Under the pieces are notes generated by a model. The model was not told where the DNA came from, ran no database searches, and saw only the letters and a program-made list of their open reading frames with translations. A stretch of DNA of 64,000 nt, taken from an uncultured Acidobacteriota bacterium (GTDB taxonomy: Bacteria; Acidobacteriota; Thermoanaerobaculia; UBA5066; Gp7-AA6). Location of the stretch: assembly GCA_963764715.1 (NCBI GenBank), contig CAVXTP010000015.1:161693-225692 (forward strand), read 5' to 3'. Shown one piece after another: positions 58,896-64,000 of this stretch (positions within the stretch are counted from its first letter, which is position 1; the number at the start of each line of letters is the position of its first letter). The translations under genes and the position numbers were made by a program.

Positions 58896-59414
58896 CTACT
58901 CATGCGATTTCCGGAACGGTATTGGCTCGGACTTGAGCTTCACGACCGGGATGCTGAGGTTCGGGTACTTGTGACGCAGAAATGACTTGCGCTGCGAGCT
59001 CAACTGCTCGGCATCATCGTTGTGGTAGGTAACGACGAACCGATAGTCCCGATCGGGATCAAGCCCGTACGCCTCCGACCCATCGATTCTTAGCCTTACG
59101 CGTTGCGGCGCGAGAATGTCGATCTCTGTTCCGAACAACTCCTCGCCCGCGTCCTTATCGCCTCTGAGCATCTGGAAATCGGATTCTGATGGCGAAGGAC
59201 AACTCGCGCGCGGGCCGAAATGCCCTACTGGCACTCCACGGTCATCCTGGACCTCAACCTCCACGTAGCACCCCAGGGTAGTCCGCGGCGTCAAGAGTAC
59301 GAGCGTTGAACCTTCCGCCACGAGAAGAACTTGTAGGAATCGACCTCTCACGACCTGCGCGCGCAACTCGAGCGTACCCATGATTCCGAGTGCGACGGCA
59401 AGTAGCGCCGGCAT
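58896..59414 (-). CDS. Hypothetical exported protein
   Basis: Fills the cassette. Confidence 0.7.
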   Translation of the reverse strand: MPALLAVALGIMGTLELRAQVVRGRFLQVLLVAEGSTLVLLTPRTTLGCYVEVEVQDDRGVPVGHFGPRASCPSPSESDFQMLRGDKDAGEELFGTEIDILAPQRVRLRIDGSEAYGLDPDRDYRFVVTYHNDDAEQLSSQRKSFLRHKYPNLSIPVVKLKSEPIPFRKSHE

Positions 59415-59427
59415 GCTAGTTTCCGTG

Positions 59428-59503
59428 GCCTAACGGGTGGCGGGTCAGCGGCGAGCCCCGTAGCGAAGCGTAGGGGCGAGTCCGCTGCACCCGCGGGTTA
59501 GGC
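59428..59503 (-). repeat. attC, intact
   Basis: Same variant as 63431. Confidence 0.95.
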
Positions 59504-59516
59504 GGCTGGCCCAACA

Positions 59517-59900
59517 TTAGTTTCTGCGCCACGGAAGCGGACCCGGCGTGGAGAGGATCACAGGCTGATCAAAAGAGAGATTTAACGCGATAACCAGCGG
59601 TCGTGCCAGCCGCTCCTTGGTAATCACAAACGGCCCAACACGCGTATCGACAAAACCCGACCCGGTTGCGAGGATCTCGTACTTGGCTCCATATTCAGCC
59701 GTGAACAAGGCATCGCCGGTGGAATCCGTCACGCGTCCCCAAATTGGCTCCTCGCCTGAGTGGCCGGCACGAAACGCGGCGAGCACTATCCCAGGAACCG
59801 CGCGGCAATCTGCGTCGAGGACGCGCACGAGGAGTCGGGGCGGCTCGCTTGCCGGACCGCGTAACAAGAACGCGGTAACAAGCGCGAGTTCAGTCAACAT
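59517..59900 (-). CDS. Carboxypeptidase-regulatory-like domain protein (cassette B, copy 1)
   Basis: VPG...TDSTG...GF; same protein as 63520..63903. Confidence 0.75.
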   Translation of the reverse strand: MLTELALVTAFLLRGPASEPPRLLVRVLDADCRAVPGIVLAAFRAGHSGEEPIWGRVTDSTGDALFTAEYGAKYEILATGSGFVDTRVGPFVITKERLARPLVIALNLSFDQPVILSTPGPLPWRRN

Positions 59901-59914
59901 GTGTATCTCCAGCC

Positions 59915-59990
59915 GCCTAACGGGTGGCGGGTCAGCGGCGAGCTCCGAGGCGAAGCCGAGGAGCGAGTCCGCTGCACCCGCGGGTTAGGC
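59915..59990 (-). repeat. attC, intact
   Basis: Consensus repeat. Confidence 0.95.
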
Positions 59991-59997
59991 GGCCTCA

Positions 59998-60552
59998 CTA
60001 ATCGCTCTCCGACGAGGTGAACATCCTCTGGGATCGACACGCTGCTGACTGTCCAGCTGGCACCCTCGAGCGTGAGCGTAACGGTATCTGAACCTCCCGA
60101 GGCATGTCGCCGATTGTTCGACACCGGGCAGCTTCGCCACGTCCAAGCGTTGACAGTTGCGCTGCCGGACCATGCTCCCGCTGGCGGCTCGAGCTCCAAG
60201 ACAGTCGTCTGACCGGGAAACGCTTTAACAACAGGCGGCGGCGCGACCGGCTTGCGACATCCCGGCTATCGCGTCAAGCCGGTCATCGACATCCACCACA
60301 ACGGGTACCTCGGCTGCCACCGAAACCAAGTCAAGCCTGAGCCTTGAGTCGTCCCGCGTAGCGCGCCAACACGACAGATTCCGAATCGGACGAGGTCACC
60401 GCGGAGACGGCAGCCGCCACGATTGGCCGCTGGGAGGCTGGCAGCGGCAACGGAGAACCCCACGAGCCAAATCGACTTGGGGCCTGGGCCTGCGATGCGC
60501 ACGCGCTGGCCATTAGGCATAGCCCCACAAGCCACGGACCTCGATTGAGGAC
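59998..60552 (-). pseudogene. Lipoprotein homologous to 28897..29484, with frameshifts
   Basis: SACAS...FGSWG...VVLARYAG, then RLDL...DVD and FPGQTTVLE...VTLTLEGASW in another frame. Confidence 0.7.
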
Positions 60553-60628
60553 GCCTAACGGGTGGCGGGTCAGCGGCGAGCCCCGAAGCGGAGCGCAGGG
60601 GCGAGTCCGCTGCACCCGCGGGTTAGGC
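60553..60628 (-). repeat. attC, intact
   Basis: Same variant as 62955. Confidence 0.95.
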
Positions 60629-60635
60629 CACGCCA

Positions 60636-61023
60636 TCAGCCAAGGCGCCAAGTCACCGTAACCCTAAGCCACACGGCTACTGGCTCGCCCTCCAGCGTGG
60701 CAGGTTTGTAGCCCCACTGGCGAGCAGCGAGCACCGCCTGCCGATCCATGCGCATCGTTCACGCTCTCCATCACAACGACGTCTTGAACAATCCCCTCGC
60801 GACTCACGAGGAGCTTCATGACGACGATGCCTTGGTTGGACGTGTCACGAAGTGCTGGTGGCCACACCGGGTCCACGCGCTTCGAGATAACGGGGGCAAC
60901 AACCCGCGCGACATCATCGTGCCACTGGCCGTCTTGAGCCTGATAGGCAAGGACGCTCTTCGGTTCAGGCGCCGTGGTCGCACAGCCAATCAAGAATCCT
61001 GCGATGACCGCAGCGCTGAACAT
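60636..61023 (-). pseudogene. TonB C-terminal domain lipoprotein (cassette A, copy 1; +1 bp near 60750)
   Basis: Matches 63038..63424 except gatccatGcgcatc. Confidence 0.8.
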
Positions 61024-61029
61024 AGCGTG

Positions 61030-61105
61030 GCCTAACGGGTGGCGGGTCAGCGGCGAGTGACGAGCCGAAGGCGAGGAACGAGTCCGCTGCACCCGCGTGT
61101 TAGGC
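61030..61105 (-). repeat. attC, intact
   Basis: Consensus repeat. Confidence 0.95.
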
Positions 61106-61112
61106 CGCTCGC

Positions 61113-61619
61113 TCATTGCCGTGGCTGATCCTTCGCCACCTGATCACGCACCCACGTGACCCAGGCGTCATCCGAGCCATGCACTTGCTCATTAAGCGGT
61201 GACAGCGGATCCCATTCAGCCGTGTACTGCCCATCTCGAGTCCGAAGGATCACGAGAAACATGCCTCCCTTGCGGTAATTCGCCGCCCAGCACGTCCCCC
61301 CTCTGCCCCCTGGCCTCACGAACTTGTACGGAGGATCGTGGTCGTTGAAATCGTCGGCTGACGTCAGATGTCCGCCCAAGGCGACTTGCCTCGGTACGGC
61401 CTTCCCTTTGAGAACCTCGATCACGTCGAACTCGATTTCGCCATCCGACGACCCTGACGGATCTGGCTCGCGAAGGTACTTTGCCGCCGACACAAGCAGA
61501 ATCGTGTCTGCTGCTCGGACTAGGTAGACCGGATCGACCTCGCCCACCCTCTGGCACGGGAACAACACACCGGCAGAGAAAACGGCAGCCGCAAGAACTG
61601 ACGCCACCGCGCTGAACAA
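61113..61619 (-). CDS. Secreted hypothetical protein, in frame with the attC, no own ATG
   Basis: Hydrophobic stretch directly after the attC; FDVIEVLKG. Confidence 0.72.
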   Translation of the reverse strand: MFSAVASVLAAAVFSAGVLFPCQRVGEVDPVYLVRAADTILLVSAAKYLREPDPSGSSDGEIEFDVIEVLKGKAVPRQVALGGHLTSADDFNDHDPPYKFVRPGGRGGTCWAANYRKGGMFLVILRTRDGQYTAEWDPLSPLNEQVHGSDDAWVTWVRDQVAKDQPRQ

Positions 61620-61622
61620 GCG

Positions 61623-61698
61623 GCCTAACGGGTGGCGGGTCAGCGGCGAGCGCCGTAGCGAAGCGTAGGCGCGAGTCCGCTGCACCCGCGTGTTAGGC
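61623..61698 (-). repeat. attC, intact
   Basis: Consensus repeat. Confidence 0.95.
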
Positions 61699-62259
61699 GA
61701 CCCGGTCAAAGCAAAAATCCGCATTGAGGTGAGGCCGAAATTCGTAGTGATACCTGATGATCTCATGCAGCGGTGTATCTGGAGCGACCGGGTCCGCTGA
61801 GCTTGGCTCAGAGTCGAGCAAGTCCATGGCTCGATCCTGGGCCTTGAGCTCCTCTATTACTTCGTCTGCAGTTCGATCCGCCGGCAGGTATCGCTCGCCC
61901 CGAAACCACGTTCCATCTGACTCGAGCTTTCGCACGTAAATTGAGGAAGCTGCTCTCGCCGTAAGCCTGGCGAGCACTTTGTGAACACACACGCCTTCGA
62001 TAATCAAGGGTCGGCCCGCAGATCGGACGGCGGCGGCCAGCTCAGCGTACCGAATCTCTTCAACGTACCGGCCCCGGCCCTTCTCAAGAAACTCATCCAG
62101 CTCAAGATGCGATGCGCCGAGCTCCTGTGCGAGTTGCGCTGCCAGATACGACTTTCCCGACCCGTCGAAGCCATCGCACGTGATGATGCTCCCCGCGACC
62201 AGAGGTGTAGCGGCTGCGACAGCGCCGCGCAGAGCATTGACGTCACGCGTGGTGATCAC
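61693..62259 (-). CDS. P-loop kinase-like protein
   Basis: DGFDGSGKS, LIIEG; TAA inside the attC. Confidence 0.75.
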   Translation of the reverse strand: MITTRDVNALRGAVAAATPLVAGSIITCDGFDGSGKSYLAAQLAQELGASHLELDEFLEKGRGRYVEEIRYAELAAAVRSAGRPLIIEGVCVHKVLARLTARAASSIYVRKLESDGTWFRGERYLPADRTADEVIEELKAQDRAMDLLDSEPSSADPVAPDTPLHEIIRYHYEFRPHLNADFCFDRVA

Positions 62260-62278
62260 GATGCTGTTTCTTCGGGTC

Positions 62279-62354
62279 GCCTAACGGGTGGCGGGTCAGC
62301 GGCGAGCTCCGAGCCGAAGGCGAGGAGCGAGTCCGCTGCACCCGCGTGTTAGGC
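62279..62354 (-). repeat. attC, intact
   Basis: Consensus repeat. Confidence 0.95.
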
Positions 62355-62363
62355 GGCCTGCCG

Positions 62364-62927
62364 CTAGTCTGAGAGCCACACATTGATCCAACCCTTTGAC
62401 CCAAGGCAATACGCAAATGCCCAGGCCTCCGTCTTGCCCGTGATTACGCACGGCCTTCGGCTTGTGAATGACCGCACCTCTCCCGGCCGGAAGCCCTCGC
62501 CCTCGGCATCAACAACCTCGGACCGCTCGTACTTGCCTGGCTTCCCCCGCTCCACGAAGAGGCCGCCGAGGAAATCGAACTCTGCCAGTGTCGTGATTTG
62601 CCACTTCTGTTTACGCGCAAGCGCTGCGAGCACGAGCATCTTGCCTTCTCCCTCCGGTCTGATGATGAGGGCGAGGTCCATTTGGCCGTCTCCGTCATAG
62701 TCTCCCAGCGCAGCCCCCAAACAGCCGCTTCCGCCATGCTCGAGGTTGTACGCAATATCTTCCTCTGAACTGTCGGCCGCGAGCGGAAGACGGTGGTGAG
62801 GGAACCGCTCCTTCAAGGCCTTCGCCAGAGACGCCGGAATGAGGCTTCCGCATGCGTCAGCCTGCGCCACCTCAGCAGGAGCTAGACCACAGAACCCGAG
62901 TGTGAGCAGCGCAGCGAACCCTGCCAC
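62364..62927 (-). CDS. Secreted orphan protein, paralogue 3; in frame with the attC
   Basis: DAC...EDIAYNLEHGGSGCLG...GDYDGDG...WINVWLSD. Confidence 0.8.
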   Translation of the reverse strand: MAGFAALLTLGFCGLAPAEVAQADACGSLIPASLAKALKERFPHHRLPLAADSSEEDIAYNLEHGGSGCLGAALGDYDGDGQMDLALIIRPEGEGKMLVLAALARKQKWQITTLAEFDFLGGLFVERGKPGKYERSEVVDAEGEGFRPGEVRSFTSRRPCVITGKTEAWAFAYCLGSKGWINVWLSD

Positions 62928-62954
62928 CGAGCGCCGCCACCTTGCGCCCTGGCC

Positions 62955-63030
62955 GCCTAACGGGTGGCGGGTCAGCGGCGAGCCCCGAAGCGGAGCGCAG
63001 GGGCGAGTCCGCTGCACCCGCGGGTTAGGC
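62955..63030 (-). repeat. attC, intact
   Basis: Consensus repeat. Confidence 0.95.
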
Positions 63031-63037
63031 CACGCCA

Positions 63038-63424
63038 TCAGCCAAGGCGCCAAGTCACCGTAACCCTAAGCCACACGGCTACTGGCTCGCCCTCCAGCGT
63101 GGCAGGTTTGTAGCCCCACTGGCGAGCAGCGAGCACCGCCTGCCGATCCATCGCATCGTTCACGCTCTCCATCACAACGACGTCTTGAACAATCCCCTCG
63201 CGACTCACGAGGAGCTTCATGACGACGATGCCTTGGTTGGACGTGTCACGAAGTGCTGGTGGCCACACCGGGTCCACGCGCTTCGAGATAACGGGGGCAA
63301 CAACCCGCGCGACATCATCGTGCCACTGGCCGTCTTGAGCCTGATAGGCAAGGACGCTCTTCGGTTCAGGCGCCGTGGTCGCACAGCCAATCAAGAATCC
63401 TGCGATGACCGCAGCGCTGAACAT
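63038..63424 (-). CDS. TonB C-terminal domain lipoprotein (cassette A, copy 2, intact)
   Basis: LIGC lipobox; PVWP...QGIV...AVLAARQWGYKPA..GEPV. Confidence 0.85.
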   Translation of the reverse strand: MFSAAVIAGFLIGCATTAPEPKSVLAYQAQDGQWHDDVARVVAPVISKRVDPVWPPALRDTSNQGIVVMKLLVSREGIVQDVVVMESVNDAMDRQAVLAARQWGYKPATLEGEPVAVWLRVTVTWRLG

Positions 63425-63430
63425 AGCGTG

Positions 63431-63506
63431 GCCTAACGGGTGGCGGGTCAGCGGCGAGCCCCGTAGCGAAGCGTAGGGGCGAGTCCGCTGCACCCGCGGG
63501 TTAGGC
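63431..63506 (-). repeat. attC, intact
   Basis: Consensus repeat. Confidence 0.95.
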
Positions 63507-63519
63507 GGCTGGCCCAACA

Positions 63520-63903
63520 TTAGTTTCTGCGCCACGGAAGCGGACCCGGCGTGGAGAGGATCACAGGCTGATCAAAAGAGAGATTTAACGCGATAACCAG
63601 CGGTCGTGCCAGCCGCTCCTTGGTAATCACAAACGGCCCAACACGCGTATCGACAAAACCCGACCCGGTTGCGAGGATCTCGTACTTGGCTCCATATTCA
63701 GCCGTGAACAAGGCATCGCCGGTGGAATCCGTCACGCGTCCCCAAATTGGCTCCTCGCCTGAGTGGCCGGCACGAAACGCGGCGAGCACTATCCCAGGAA
63801 CCGCGCGGCAATCTGCGTCGAGGACGCGCACGAGGAGTCGGGGCGGCTCGCTTGCCGGACCGCGTAACAAGAACGCGGTAACAAGCGCGAGTTCAGTCAA
63901 CAT
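63520..63903 (-). CDS. Carboxypeptidase-regulatory-like domain protein (cassette B, copy 2)
   Basis: Same protein as 59517..59900. Confidence 0.75.
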   Translation of the reverse strand: MLTELALVTAFLLRGPASEPPRLLVRVLDADCRAVPGIVLAAFRAGHSGEEPIWGRVTDSTGDALFTAEYGAKYEILATGSGFVDTRVGPFVITKERLARPLVIALNLSFDQPVILSTPGPLPWRRN

Positions 63904-63917
63904 GTGTATCTCCAGCC

Positions 63918-63993
63918 GCCTAACGGGTGGCGGGTCAGCGGCGAGCTCCGAGGCGAAGCCGAGGAGCGAGTCCGCTGCACCCGCGGGTTAGGC
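63918..63993 (-). repeat. attC, intact
   Basis: Consensus repeat. Confidence 0.95.
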
Positions 63994-64000
63994 GGCTGCT

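Noticed and set aside
59991-60000. TAG/GTG overlap counted as a relay entry at attC 59915
   Set aside because: The true C-terminal frame of this frameshifted gene is ambiguous, and the homologous frame itself runs into the attC, so it was left out of the entry count.
50072-63993. CRISPR array or REP/BIME interpretation of the 76-bp repeats
   Set aside because: The repeats are too long, are separated by whole genes, have attC core ends, and no cas genes are present.

Overview
High-GC bacterial DNA; the SLH-domain proteins suggest, by inference only, an Acidobacteriota/Thermoanaerobaculia-like host. From about 39.9 kb to the window end lies a large minus-strand integron cassette array with about 31 related, mostly 76-bp attC sites (GCCTAAC...GTTAGGC). 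Nineteen sites between 50 and 64 kb are intact and twelve between 39.9 and 49.3 kb are degenerate. No intI gene is in the window; it would be expected to the right. Cassettes include three toxin-antitoxin pairs, SLH proteins, many secreted or lipoprotein orphans, and two cassettes present twice in different orders. The left 39 kb is a dense, mostly minus-strand run of small unrelated genes (VOC, DinB, GNAT, cupin, DUF1801, DHFR-like, mgtA) without attC sites. One is a clear homologue of a cassette gene, so this run may be a domesticated tail of the array. The main novel signal is an apparent translational relay. One minus-strand frame through the attC is stop-free (about PNPRVQRTRxxxxxxSPLTRHPLG). 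At many junctions a start codon overlapping the upstream stop opens this frame. At 16 of 19 intact sites it fuses in frame with the next cassette gene or stops at or near its start codon. All coordinates and counts were done by hand and product calls come from motif recognition, not database searches.
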